Shown piece by piece: positions 8,346 through 17,886 of a stretch of 64,000 bases of DNA. The position numbers were made by a program, and so were the translations under genes. The DNA lies in NCBI GenBank assembly GCA_048367555.1, contig DBGCAP010000001.1:2578-66577 (forward strand). The letters run 5' to 3'. Origin of the DNA: Collinsella sp. (GTDB lineage Bacteria; Actinomycetota; Coriobacteriia; Coriobacteriales; Coriobacteriaceae). How positions within the stretch are numbered: position 1 is the first letter of the stretch; each line of letters starts with the position of its first letter. The notes beneath the pieces are model-generated. The model saw only the letters and a program-made list of their open reading frames with translations. It was not told where the DNA came from and made no database searches.

Positions 8346-9110
8346 ATGAAGCAATTGCTTATTCGTGCCGATGATATCGGTTATTCGTATGCCGTTGACC
8401 TGGGGATTGCCCGAAGCGTCAACGAGGGCCTGGTGCGCTCGGCGGGCCTGATGCCCAATATGCCTGAAGCCGAGCGTGGTTGGTTGCTCGTGGCGGATGC
8501 CGGCATTGCGGTGGGCCAGCATACTAACGTGTGCCTGGGTAAGCCGTGTGCCGACCCGGCGCTCATCCCGAGCATGCTCAACGAGAACGGCGAGTTCCAT
8601 AGCAGCCGTACCTTCCGCGAGCATTTTAAGCGCGGTGAGGAGCTGATAGACTTCGACGAGGCCTGCATCGAGATCCGTGCGCAGCATGACCGTTTTGTCG
8701 AGATTGTGGGCCGCGAGCCCGACTACTTCGAAGCCCATGCTGTCATGAGTAAAAACCTTAACCGAGCGATCTCGGCGGTTGCCCAGGAGCTGGGCCTTAA
8801 GGAGCAAAAGGCGAGCTTCGACCCCACGGCGGTGGTGCGTTGCGGAGATACCGATCTGCACATGGTAATGCGCTCGATGAAGCCGGGCTACGAACCTAAA
8901 GAAGCAATCATGCAGACGGTTCGCGAGATGTCCGACGGCGAGACGGTCGTCTTTGTGTGTCACCCGGGCTATCTTGATCGCTATATCCTCGAGAACAGCT
9001 CGCTTACGACCGATCGCACCAAGGAAGTCGATGCGCTGATCGATCCTGAGCTGCGCGCTTGGCTCGAGTCTCAACCCGATCTTCGCCTGATCGACTATCG
9101 CGACCTGTAA
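8346..9110 (+). CDS. ChbG/YdjC-family carbohydrate deacetylase
   Basis: The N-terminus LLIRADDIGYSYAVDLGIARSVNEGLVRSAGLMPNMP matches the YdjC-family pattern (INADDfG.s.gvN.gI...h..G.vtS.slM.n). Confidence 0.8.
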   Translation: MKQLLIRADDIGYSYAVDLGIARSVNEGLVRSAGLMPNMPEAERGWLLVADAGIAVGQHTNVCLGKPCADPALIPSMLNENGEFHSSRTFREHFKRGEELIDFDEACIEIRAQHDRFVEIVGREPDYFEAHAVMSKNLNRAISAVAQELGLKEQKASFDPTAVVRCGDTDLHMVMRSMKPGYEPKEAIMQTVREMSDGETVVFVCHPGYLDRYILENSSLTTDRTKEVDALIDPELRAWLESQPDLRLIDYRDL

Positions 9111-9119
9111 GAGCTCAAG

Positions 9120-9162
9120 CCAACACAAGGGGAACAGGCACCTTTGCGGTGGTTCTGGCGCC
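9120..9162. repeat. REP-like palindromic element, right copy
   Basis: CCAACACAAGG-GGAACAGGCA-CCTTTGCGGTGGTTCTGGCGCC. It has the same loop orientation as the copy at 8280-8324. Its 3' extension TTCTGGCGCC is the reverse complement of the left copy's 5' GGCGCCAGAA. Confidence 0.6.
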
Positions 9163-9249
9163 GTTGCCATTATGGTGGCGGCGCCTTTTTTGTCCGTGCG
9201 GCGCGGTAGAGTGTAGTCGGTTGAAATTTGCGTCCATCGAGGAGCTGTT

Positions 9250-11007
9250 ATGAACGAGATCAAGTGCCCGCATTGTGGCGAAGTCTTTAAGGTCGATGCG
9301 TCTGGCTATGCGGATATCGTCAAGCAAGTACGCGATGCCGAGTTTTCGCGCGATCTGGATGAGCGTGTGAGGGCAGTCCAACGCGAGGGCGAGCAGGCGC
9401 TGGAGCTTGAGCGCTCGCGTTCGTCGGCTGCCCTGCAGGAGGCGGAGTCTCAGCGCAATGCACAACTCGTTGAGCAGAAGAATGCTGCGGCTCGGGAGTT
9501 GGCACAAGAGGTCGCCAAGCGCGATGCCGAGCTTGTCGAGCTGCGCGCCAAGCTCGAGGGCGCTGCCGCAGAGCGCGAGAGCGCAAGCCAGCGTGCGGCG
9601 GTTGAGGCCCGTGCCGATGCTCAGAAGGAGAATGCTGAGCTTCAGCGCGAGATCGACAATTTGCGTGCGCGGCTGGGGCGCAAAGATGACGAAGCCAAGC
9701 TTGCCGAGTCGGCGGCGCGCAACGCTGCTCAAAACGATTTAGCTGCACGTGATGCCCAGATTGCCGAGCTGCAGGCCAGGCTTGCCGCAGCGGACAAGGC
9801 TCAGGAGATGGCGCTTGCCGCTGCCGCGGCAGAGTCGCAGCGTGATCTCGATGCCGCTCGCAGCGAGGCCGAACGTGCACTTGCTGACTACCGCGCGACG
9901 GTACAGGAGAAGTTTTCCGCCGCAAAGGCACAATCTGAGCAAGAGGCCGAGGGTCTGCGTGCCCAGCTGCGCGAGCAGGAGCTGATGGCAAAAATGAACC
10001 TGTCGGAGGCAGTCGCCGCGGCGGAGCGAGAGCGCGACGAGGCACGTGCGAAACTGACGAGTGAGCTGGCAGTGCGCGATTCGCGCGAGGAACAGGCAAA
10101 GGTGGCACATGAGCTCGAGCTTGCTCAAGCCAAGCGCGCGAGCGATGAGCTGATCCGCTACAAGGATGAAGAGATTGAGCGCCTGAAGGACATGAAGGTC
10201 CGCCTGTCCACCAAGATGGTGGGCGAGTCGCTCGAGCAGCACTGCGAGACCGAGTTCAACCGTCTGCGCATGACGGCGTTTCCCAACGCGTACTTCGAGA
10301 AAGATAACGATGCGTCCGAGGGTACCAAGGGCGACTTTATCTTCCGCGAGTGCGACGCGAGCGGCAACGAGATCATCTCGATCATGTTCGAGATGAAAAA
10401 CGAGAACGACGAGACCGCGACCAAGCATAAAAACGAGGACTTCTTTAAGAAGCTCGACCACGATCGCCGCCAGAAGGGCTGTGAGTATGCAGTGCTCTGC
10501 ACCCTGCTGGAGCCCGAGAGCGAGCTCTATAACGCGGGTATTGTCGACGTGAGTTACCGCTATGAGAAGATGTACGTGATCCGCCCGCAATTCTTCATTC
10601 CCATGATCACGCTGCTGCGCAACGCCGCCATGGGTTCGCTGCGCTATAAGCAGGAGCTAGCGGAGTACAAACAGCAGAATATCGACGTCACGAACTTCGA
10701 AGCCAAGATGGAAAAGTTCAAGGACGGCTTCTCGCGCAACTATAACTTGGCGAGCAAGCAGTTCGAGTCGGCAATCAAGGAGATCGATGCCGCTATTAAG
10801 CAGCTCGAGAAGACCAAGGACGACCTGCGTCGCAGCACCGAGAATCTGCGTCTGGCCCACAACAAGGCCGATGAGCTCACCATTCGAAAGCTCACGTGGG
10901 GTAACAAGACCATGAAGGCGGCGTTTGACGAGGCGCACGGGGCTGCGCCGGAGACAAACGATGAGCCCGCCGAGGCGGATTCGTATGAGGTCGAGGATGC
11001 CGAGTAA
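9250..11007 (+). CDS. DUF2130-family protein (N-terminal Zn-ribbon, long Ala/Glu-rich coiled coil, C-terminal nuclease-like globular domain)
   Basis: MNEIKCPHCGEVFKVD N-terminus, a coiled-coil region, and a conserved C-terminal block (GDFIFRE...IMFEMKNE...KHKNEDFFKKLDHDRRQKGCEYAVLC) typical of DUF2130. RBS GAGGAG. Confidence 0.7.
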   Translation: MNEIKCPHCGEVFKVDASGYADIVKQVRDAEFSRDLDERVRAVQREGEQALELERSRSSAALQEAESQRNAQLVEQKNAAARELAQEVAKRDAELVELRAKLEGAAAERESASQRAAVEARADAQKENAELQREIDNLRARLGRKDDEAKLAESAARNAAQNDLAARDAQIAELQARLAAADKAQEMALAAAAAESQRDLDAARSEAERALADYRATVQEKFSAAKAQSEQEAEGLRAQLREQELMAKMNLSEAVAAAERERDEARAKLTSELAVRDSREEQAKVAHELELAQAKRASDELIRYKDEEIERLKDMKVRLSTKMVGESLEQHCETEFNRLRMTAFPNAYFEKDNDASEGTKGDFIFRECDASGNEIISIMFEMKNENDETATKHKNEDFFKKLDHDRRQKGCEYAVLCTLLEPESELYNAGIVDVSYRYEKMYVIRPQFFIPMITLLRNAAMGSLRYKQELAEYKQQNIDVTNFEAKMEKFKDGFSRNYNLASKQFESAIKEIDAAIKQLEKTKDDLRRSTENLRLAHNKADELTIRKLTWGNKTMKAAFDEAHGAAPETNDEPAEADSYEVEDAE

Positions 11008-11028
11008 GGCATAGCGGATAGTGCAAAA

Positions 11029-11062
11029 GCGGGACCGCTGGCGATATTGCCAGCGGCCCCGC
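11029..11062. terminator. Bidirectional hairpin terminator between convergent genes
   Basis: GCGGGACCGCTGGC-gatatt-GCCAGCGGCCCCGC lies between the stops at 11007 (+) and 11087 (-). Confidence 0.6.
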
Positions 11063-11086
11063 TTCGTTTCGTTCCAGTATGTTCGG

Positions 11087-13768
11087 CTAGTCCTCGAGCA
11101 GGTCCTCGATAAATCCGACGCGGTAGTTTTTGAAGATGACCTCGCCGCCGTCTTGCGTGGCGTCCAGATCGACATCGCCCATGATGCCAAAGTCGTGGTC
11201 GCCATCCTCGTCGGCAAAGATCTGATGCACGTGCCATACGTGCGCGGTCTTCTCGTCGGACTCATCGATGGAAAACATCGCGGCGCTGCGGGCATCTCCG
11301 TCGGTGAGGATTTCCTCGTGTTGCTCATGGTAGGCATCGAGCGCCTTTTGCCAGCGGATCTCGCTCATGCCCCAGTCGTCGTCGAGTTCGCCCAGGTCGC
11401 GAACGTGCTCGCGGGCGGCAAGGGTCACGCGGCGGAAGAGCGCGTTGCGCACCAACAGCGTGCAGCCGCGGCGGTCCACCACGACCTCGTCGATGCCCTG
11501 CGGCGGCGCAGCATCGAGGGCTGCCGGGTTGCCGGCGTTCTCCCACTCGTCCACCAGGCTCGAGTCCACCGAGCGCACCACAAAGCCCAGCCACGAGATA
11601 ATGTCGCGCAGGCGCTCGTCGCGCTTCTCGATGGGCACGGTGCGGTCGAGCGAACGGTAGGCCTCTGCCAGGTAGCGCAGTAAAATGCCCTCGGAGCGGG
11701 CGATGCCGAGCTTTTGAATGTAGCCCTTAAAATCGCTCGCGCTTTCCAGCATATCGCGCAGAACGCTCTTGGGAGAGAGCTGATAGTCGTTTGCCCAAGG
11801 TACTTCCTGGCAGTACTTATCAAAAGCGGCGTCGAGCAAATCCTCGAGTGGCTTTTCGTACGTGACGTCTTGAATGCGCTCCAAGCGCTCCTCATACTCG
11901 ATGCCGTCGGCCTTCATCTCGGCCATAGCGCGATCGCGTGCGGCGCGCTCCTGTGCGCGCAGCACCTGCTTGGGATCCTCGAGCGTTGCCTCGACCATTG
12001 AGATCAGGTTCATGGTATAGGTCTCGCTCTCGGGATCGAGCAGCTCCAATGCGGCAAGCAAGAACGGCGAGAGCGGCTGATCGAGCGCGAAGTCCTCGGG
12101 CAGATCGACCGTCAGCGCATAGTCGATGTCTGGTGCGGCGTCAGTCGGGGCGTCGGGTGCGGGCGGTACCTCGGTGCGAACGACGACGCCGGAATCGATG
12201 AGCGTGGCGAAGATCTCGTCGGCGCGAACCTCGAGCTTGGCCTTTTCCTCGGGAGTCTGCAAGCTCGTCTCGATGAGGTCGTGTACGCGGGCGCGGGCAT
12301 CGCCGCCCTGTTCGACCACGCTAATCACCATGGAGTGTGTGATGCGCAGGCGCGGCTTGAGCGTTTCGGGCTGCGTCTCGATCAGGCGCTCAAAGGTCTG
12401 CTTGTTCCAGGTGACAAAGCCCTCGGGGGCCTTCTTCTTTTTAATCTTGCGGAGCTTTTTGGGATCGTCGCCCGCCTTGGCCATAAGCTTGGCATTCTCG
12501 ATCTCGTGCTCGGGTGCCTCGGCAATCACCATGCCCTCGGTATCGAAACCCGAGCGGCCGGCGCGACCGGCAATCTGATGGAACTCGCGGGCGCGCAGGC
12601 GACGCATCTTGTAGCCGTCGAACTTGGTGAGCGCGGTGAGCACCACGGTGTGGATGGGTACGTTGATGCCGACGCCGAGTGTATCGGTACCGCAGATGAC
12701 GGGCAGCAGACCCTGCTGCGCCAAGCGCTCGACCAGCAGGCGATAGCGCGGCAACATGCCAGCATGGTGCACGCCGACGCCGCATCCAAGCAGGCGCTTG
12801 AGAATCTTGCCAAAGGCCGTCGAGAAGCTCGTCCCCTTTGCCGCGTCTTTGATGGCTTCGCGCTGCTCCTTGCTGGCGATGCCAAAATTGGCGAGCGACT
12901 GTGCCGTCGCAAGTGCGGCATCCTGGCTAAAGTGCACGATATAGAGCGGGGCCTCGCCGCGACGCATCGCGAGCTCGACGGTGCCCTCGAGCGAGGTCGT
13001 CACGTAGTCGTAGCTCAGCGGCACGGGGCGTGGGGCATCGACGACCAAGTCACAGGTAGCGCCGGTGTGCTCCTCGAGTGAGGCGGCGATGGCAGTGACA
13101 TTGCCGAGCGTGGCGCTCATGAGCATAAACTGCGTGTGGGGCAGGGTGAGCAGCGGCACCTGCCAGGCCCAGCCGCGGTCGGGGTCGGCAAAGTAGTGGA
13201 ACTCGTCCATGGCCACGCAGCCCACGTCGGCGTCCTCGCCCTCGCGGAGCGCATCGTTGGCAAGGATTTCGGCCGTGCAGCAGATGACGGGTGCCTTGGT
13301 GTTGATATGCGTGTCGCCGGTGATCATACCGACGTTATCGCGACCGAGCACCTGCACCAGGTCGAAGAACTTTTCACTGACCAAGGCCTTGATGGGGGCC
13401 GTGTAATAACAGCGTTTGCCCTGTGCCATGCCCATAAAGAGCGTGCCCAGCGCGACGAGCGATTTACCCGATCCGGTCGGTGTGCCTAAAATGACGTGAT
13501 CGCCGGCTGCCAGGTCCATGAGGGCCTCTTCTTGGTGATCCCACAGCTCAATGCCGCGATCGCTCGTCCATTCAAAGAAACGTTCGAAGGCTTGATCGGG
13601 CGTGAGCCATGGTTCGGGCTCGCTGCCGTCCTCGGGCTCCCACCAGGTGGGGGAGAGCGCGCCGAGCGAGCCAAACTCGGCTTCGGTTCCCGTGCCGCCC
13701 GAGAATGAGCTGGCGGCGCCGGCGCCGGAGACGGTGCTGGCGGCGGTGTCTGTCGTGGTCTGTGCCAT
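11087..13768 (-). CDS. Ski2-like DEAD/DEAH-box SF2 helicase with a C-terminal DUF3516-type domain
   Basis: Walker A GTPTGSGKS, DEFH box, SAT, and the QIAGRAGRSG motif VI. The long C-terminal region is typical of actinobacterial DUF3516 helicases. The start is reassigned to ATG 13766-13768 (MAQTTTD). The track's extension to 13924 runs into MITE copy C. Confidence 0.85.
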   Translation of the reverse strand: MAQTTTDTAASTVSGAGAASSFSGGTGTEAEFGSLGALSPTWWEPEDGSEPEPWLTPDQAFERFFEWTSDRGIELWDHQEEALMDLAAGDHVILGTPTGSGKSLVALGTLFMGMAQGKRCYYTAPIKALVSEKFFDLVQVLGRDNVGMITGDTHINTKAPVICCTAEILANDALREGEDADVGCVAMDEFHYFADPDRGWAWQVPLLTLPHTQFMLMSATLGNVTAIAASLEEHTGATCDLVVDAPRPVPLSYDYVTTSLEGTVELAMRRGEAPLYIVHFSQDAALATAQSLANFGIASKEQREAIKDAAKGTSFSTAFGKILKRLLGCGVGVHHAGMLPRYRLLVERLAQQGLLPVICGTDTLGVGINVPIHTVVLTALTKFDGYKMRRLRAREFHQIAGRAGRSGFDTEGMVIAEAPEHEIENAKLMAKAGDDPKKLRKIKKKKAPEGFVTWNKQTFERLIETQPETLKPRLRITHSMVISVVEQGGDARARVHDLIETSLQTPEEKAKLEVRADEIFATLIDSGVVVRTEVPPAPDAPTDAAPDIDYALTVDLPEDFALDQPLSPFLLAALELLDPESETYTMNLISMVEATLEDPKQVLRAQERAARDRAMAEMKADGIEYEERLERIQDVTYEKPLEDLLDAAFDKYCQEVPWANDYQLSPKSVLRDMLESASDFKGYIQKLGIARSEGILLRYLAEAYRSLDRTVPIEKRDERLRDIISWLGFVVRSVDSSLVDEWENAGNPAALDAAPPQGIDEVVVDRRGCTLLVRNALFRRVTLAAREHVRDLGELDDDWGMSEIRWQKALDAYHEQHEEILTDGDARSAAMFSIDESDEKTAHVWHVHQIFADEDGDHDFGIMGDVDLDATQDGGEVIFKNYRVGFIEDLLED

Positions 13769-13889
13769 GTGTTTGCTTTCTCTCGCGATTGTCCGCCAAC
13801 TATTATGGCGTAGCGGCGGCGCGGGGTGCCAGCGCGCGAGAAAATGCAGGAAATGGGCGTTCTGCCCAGCCGTTTGGTGCAGTTGCCAG

Positions 13890-14012
13890 CTAAGTGAGTA
13901 GACTTTTTGCAATATCGCGAGCACATGGCTTTTGCGTAAGGGATTTACCTGCGGTTTTAGTTTTCGTTATGTGGGTTGTGCTTGGCTATTGCTAAAAAGT
14001 CTACTCACTTAG
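13890..14012. mobile_element. MITE-like element, copy C (123 bp, more diverged interior)
   Basis: CTAAGTGAGTAGACTTTTTG at 13890-13909 and CTAAAAAGTCTACTCACTTAG at 13992-14012. The interior keeps the ATTTACCTGCGG core. It lies between the trmB stop and the helicase start. Confidence 0.8.
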
Positions 14013-14035
14013 GTTTGAGGGTCGTTCGCTGGCGC

Positions 14036-14917
14036 CTATTTGCGCTTGTTTGCTGACGCCGCGACCATCAGAAGCCCGTGGGACTCTTGTGGCAGGCGCT
14101 TCTTGCCCTTGCGGGCGCGGTTTCTAAAGTTCTCGACGGCCTCTTCCATGCCGAGGGGCACGTAGGTGAGCTCGTCGAGGTTATCTGGCAGGTAGCAGGC
14201 AAGGCTTTGCTCCTGCGCTCGGCCTGCTGCGAGTTGCTCTTCGGTAGGTTTCTCGCCGGGTGTGGCGTAAATGCCATAGACGACGGCACCCATCTCGCGC
14301 GTGCGGCATTCATATTCGGTCTCGGGATGCTCGGGATGGTCGCGGCGGACGTCGTCACTTACCCAAAGCGTGTCGTAGCCTGCCGCGGCAAACTGTCCCA
14401 GGGCGTAATCGCGCAATGGTTTGCTGTCGGTTCGTAGCGTTACGGTGGCGCCGGCTGCAAAGAGCGGGCGATAGAGCATCAGATGGTCGACATGGACGAG
14501 GCGCTTTTTGGCGTACTTGGCCTTGGGCTGCGGCGTGGGAAAGTTGATGGTGATGGCATCGAGCTCGCCTGTGGCAAATAGCTGCGGCAGCGATGCGGCG
14601 CCTCGAGGCAGAACGAGTGCGTTGGTCAGTTCATGCTCGCAGATTTTCTGTGCGGCATAGGCGATGCAGATGGGCTCCTGGTCCATGCCGACAAAGAGCG
14701 TGTCGGGCTCACGGCGAGCACGCTCAACCAGATAGGTGCCTTTGCCGCAGCCCAGATCCAGATGAAGGTGTTCGAAGGGCTTGCTGCCAACTGGCGCGCA
14801 AGCCTCGCGCCAATCTCCGGCATAGATTTCGGGGTTCGTCTCAATCGCATCGGCGTAGCGCTCTAGGCGCTCCTCGAGCACAAAGTTCTTAGGCGTGCGA
14901 ACGTGGACGGCTCCCAT
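14036..14917 (-). CDS. trmB: tRNA (guanine-N7)-methyltransferase TrmB-like, with a C-terminal extension
   Basis: SAM motif DLGCGKG and INFPTPQPKAKYAKKRL (equivalent to the TrmB FPDPWxKxRH box). RBS AAGGAG. Confidence 0.8.
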   Translation of the reverse strand: MGAVHVRTPKNFVLEERLERYADAIETNPEIYAGDWREACAPVGSKPFEHLHLDLGCGKGTYLVERARREPDTLFVGMDQEPICIAYAAQKICEHELTNALVLPRGAASLPQLFATGELDAITINFPTPQPKAKYAKKRLVHVDHLMLYRPLFAAGATVTLRTDSKPLRDYALGQFAAAGYDTLWVSDDVRRDHPEHPETEYECRTREMGAVVYGIYATPGEKPTEEQLAAGRAQEQSLACYLPDNLDELTYVPLGMEEAVENFRNRARKGKKRLPQESHGLLMVAASANKRK

Positions 14918-15036
14918 GAGGCTCCTTGGTCATAAGTATGGAACGTATAGCTGCGCGTTCCGTCAATGGGTTGAAAAAGGGGTGGGCATAGTTTGCCCGA
15001 AAGACGCGGTGCGGCTCGACGGCGAGTCGTCGGTGC

Positions 15037-16017
15037 CTACAGGCGCTTGAGAATCACATAGCGGTTGAGATCGCCGCTGCGACCGTCAGCATGGAAGCGC
15101 TCAAGCTCGCGCACGGGGACCTCGCCGCTCTTGTAGAACGTACGCACGCCGCGCACCAGGTCGGTGATCTGCTGATCGTCAAAGTGGTGGCAATAGCGGT
15201 AGGCGTGGCGGTCGTTTTGCCAGCCAATAAGGTGGTCACCGGCTTCAAACTGCGCGGAATCGTAACCCTCAAACGGCGGGGTGAGCTCGGCGCGGGCTTC
15301 GGCTCGAACGGCCTTGCGCGCCATGCGCTCGTCGTTCATAAACTCCCAAAAGCTGATGGCGATGATGCCGCCCGGGCGCGTCTGCCGCACCAGGGCGTCG
15401 AGCACGCGTACGCGGTACTCGCACGACGGCACGTGGTGCATAAAGCCAAAGCAGACCGAGATGTCGGCGAGCGGGGCGTCGAAAAGCACGTCGGGCGTCT
15501 CGGCGGGGTTGAGTTTCATGAGGGCATCGAGCACGTCGAGTTCTTGGAAGTGCAAGTTAGGAATGCGCAGGGCGTGGCCGCGTGCATCGATGGCCAGGTC
15601 CTGGCACGAGTCGACGCCATAGAACTCGAAGGGGCAGCTGGCGTCTGCCGAGGGGCTCGTGCCGTCCATGCCTTTGGCAGCCAGCGTGCCGCCGGCGGCA
15701 AAGTTCTCGAATCGCATATTGCCGCAGGCGAGATCGAAGACGCGGACGGGATGCTCGATCGTGGCGACGTCGAGCTGTTCGAGCGCGATGTCCATGGTGC
15801 GCACCCAGCCGGGCCACGGGGCCTGGCGCGTATCGGAAAAGGAGGCGGAGTGCTCGCGATAGAACGTGTTGTTGAGCTGGATGAGCGATGAGGCGAAATC
15901 GCGGTTCACGGCGCGGAACTCCCTCCGTTGGCGGTGCGGAATAAACAGTACGACCATACTACCGTTAACGCCGCAACGGGGACAACCGAGCTGCGGGTCA
16001 TTGCTTTGTTTGGACAT
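15037..16017 (-). CDS. Class I SAM-dependent methyltransferase
   Basis: Motif I VFDLACGNMRF and post-I/II blocks (GGIIAISFWEF). The start is uncertain; 16017, 16032 and 16044 are all possible. Confidence 0.7.
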   Translation of the reverse strand: MSKQSNDPQLGCPRCGVNGSMVVLFIPHRQRREFRAVNRDFASSLIQLNNTFYREHSASFSDTRQAPWPGWVRTMDIALEQLDVATIEHPVRVFDLACGNMRFENFAAGGTLAAKGMDGTSPSADASCPFEFYGVDSCQDLAIDARGHALRIPNLHFQELDVLDALMKLNPAETPDVLFDAPLADISVCFGFMHHVPSCEYRVRVLDALVRQTRPGGIIAISFWEFMNDERMARKAVRAEARAELTPPFEGYDSAQFEAGDHLIGWQNDRHAYRYCHHFDDQQITDLVRGVRTFYKSGEVPVRELERFHADGRSGDLNRYVILKRL

Positions 16018-16176
16018 ATTTCCGCAGCTCATATGCACCCGCAACCGCCGGTTGTCAAAAATCTCACTAAAATAGGTGGCATGTTTTTGGCGGTGGCGGA
16101 TACATTTTTAACTGTGCAAGGCGCCTAAGAACAAAAACGGTCCGGCGGCACGGCTGGCAAAAGCATAGGAGGAACC

Positions 16177-16893
16177 ATGAATGTAGAAACTGCGCAGCGG
16201 CTCGCCGACCTTCGCCGCAGCAAAGGCTTTAGCCAAGAAGGGCTGGCACGAAAGCTGGGGCTGTCGCGCCAAGCGGTCAGTAAATGGGAGCGTGCAGAGA
16301 GCTCGCCCGATACCGAGAACCTGATCTCGCTCGCCAAACTCTATGGCGTGAGCCTGGACGAGCTGCTCAATCCGAGCGATGAGATCGAGGACGATATCGA
16401 GTTTGAGAACGAGGACCGCGCCCGTCAGCGCGAGGCCGAGGCGGCAGAGCGCGCGCGTACCCATGAGGCGGCGGCACGTGCCACCGAGGCGGCAACACAG
16501 GCGAGTGATGCTGCGGCCAAGGCGGCGCAAGCGGCAAGCTGGAGTGCACAGGCCGCCAATGCCGCTACGGCGCAGGCGACGAGTGGCGGCGCAGTTGGCT
16601 CGACTCCGGTGAAGGGCCCGTTCCAGTCATTCCCGTATTGGGCCGTGTGCTGGCTGCTGTTCTTTTTGCTGATGTTCCTGTTTGGCGCCGGCCCCTTTGC
16701 CGCGCTGATCTTCTTTACGATTCCCATCTATCACTGGGTTGCGCGTGCGCTCGATGGTGATTGGGCACGCGGGGATATTCAGGTTGGTCCGGCGCCGGCG
16801 GCGGCTAGGGCTCAGAATGCTTCCGCTCCGGTTGATACTGACGTGGCTACCGCGACTACCGCTAACCCGATCGCCAAAGAGGGTGATGAATGA
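16177..16893 (+). CDS. XRE-family HTH regulator fused to an Ala-rich linker and a C-terminal membrane segment
   Basis: LRRSKGFSQEGLARKLGLSRQAVSKWERAESSPDTENLISLAKLYGVSLDELL is a Cro/C1-type HTH. There are two predicted TM helices near the C-terminus. RBS GGAGGA. Confidence 0.8.
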   Translation: MNVETAQRLADLRRSKGFSQEGLARKLGLSRQAVSKWERAESSPDTENLISLAKLYGVSLDELLNPSDEIEDDIEFENEDRARQREAEAAERARTHEAAARATEAATQASDAAAKAAQAASWSAQAANAATAQATSGGAVGSTPVKGPFQSFPYWAVCWLLFFLLMFLFGAGPFAALIFFTIPIYHWVARALDGDWARGDIQVGPAPAAARAQNASAPVDTDVATATTANPIAKEGDE

Positions 16894-17789
16894 TGAAGCT
16901 TTCGCATGAATCCAAGGTACGCTTGGGCGTTGGCATCGGAGCGTTCGTGCTCATCATCGGACTTGTCTTTGGCACTTCGCGGCTATTGGCTCATTCCGAT
17001 ATGGTGCGTACGACCGGTATTCTATCTGGCAATTTGTCTGATTTTGACGATATGTTTGACGACGATGATCTCTTGGATAACGGCAACTATTCCGCTCGGC
17101 CTCAACAGCTTTCGAGCGAAACGTTTGATGCCGACGCGTTCACATCGCTTGACTTGGACGTGACGTCGGGCACGGTCGAGATCAAACACGTCTCCGGCGG
17201 GCCGGTGCGCGTAATTGAAAGCGGGCGTGTGGCAACGGGGACCGTTGCCTTCGATGCGGCAACCCAAAATCTGGCCGAAATCAAGGGCTCTACGCTCAAA
17301 ATTCGCCAGTTCGATTGCGATGACGAGCGCGCCATTGACCGCACGGTTACCGTCGAACTGCCGCGCGAAGTTGCCGATAACATGGTGGGCATTACAGCGA
17401 ATGTAGGATCGGGCGATCTGACGGTCACGGACATTGCGTGCCATGACCTCAACCTGACTTTGGACTCGGGAGACGTTGAGTTTGCGGGCACCGTGACCGA
17501 CACCCTGAATGCCAAGGTCGGTTCGGGCGATGTGACGTTCGAGCTCTACCAGGCCCCCGCGAAGTCGATGGACGTGAGCGTGGGCTCGGGCGATGTGGAG
17601 ATGACGGTTCCGAACTCGACGGGCTTTAAGGCGAGCCTCACCGTGGGCAGCGGTGACTTCGAGAGCGATTTCCTTCCGCTTGGCTACGATGGCGAGACCA
17701 TATTGAATCTTGAATTCGACAACGGTGATAAGTCTGCCACGTATCGTTTTGAGGTTGGTTCGGGTGACATGTCGTTTGATCCGGAGTGA
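16890..17789 (+). CDS. DUF4097-family beta-strand-repeat protein (LiaG-like putative adhesin fold), N-terminally membrane anchored
   Basis: Repeated GSGD(V/L/F/M) strand-turn motifs (VGSGDLTV, DSGDVEF, VGSGDVTF, VGSGDVEM, VGSGDFES, VGSGDMSF). There is a 4-nt ATGA overlap with the upstream XRE gene. Confidence 0.75.
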   Translation: MMKLSHESKVRLGVGIGAFVLIIGLVFGTSRLLAHSDMVRTTGILSGNLSDFDDMFDDDDLLDNGNYSARPQQLSSETFDADAFTSLDLDVTSGTVEIKHVSGGPVRVIESGRVATGTVAFDAATQNLAEIKGSTLKIRQFDCDDERAIDRTVTVELPREVADNMVGITANVGSGDLTVTDIACHDLNLTLDSGDVEFAGTVTDTLNAKVGSGDVTFELYQAPAKSMDVSVGSGDVEMTVPNSTGFKASLTVGSGDFESDFLPLGYDGETILNLEFDNGDKSATYRFEVGSGDMSFDPE

Positions 17790-17834
17790 CATGCGGTTTT
17801 CGGAGATCGGTACATATAGGCATGCTCTTTGATG

Positions 17835-17870
17835 GAGGCGCCGGGGCCGTGGTCGGCTCCGGCGCCTTTG
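17835..17870 (+). terminator. Hairpin terminator after the DUF4097 gene
   Basis: GAGGCGCCGG-(14 nt)-CCGGCGCCTT followed by TG. Confidence 0.45.
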
Positions 17871-17886
17871 CCTTTACAATGGGGGC

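Noticed and set aside
9400-10150. Ala/Glu/Arg-rich repetitive coding stretch in the DUF2130 gene, and the Ala-rich stretch at 16430-16570 in the XRE gene, as possible tandem DNA repeats
   Set aside because: They are compositionally biased coiled-coil or linker regions without exact nucleotide periodicity. I treated them as protein low-complexity, not as DNA repeats.
13769-13924. N-terminal extension of the DUF3516 helicase ORF (and similar 5' extensions of the ORFs at 3452-4117, 49253-50122, 53578, 57375, 60247 and 20700-23378)
   Set aside because: The extensions lack RBSs and homology, and they run into repeats or neighbouring genes. Internal starts with good Shine-Dalgarno sequences coincide with the family-typical N-termini.
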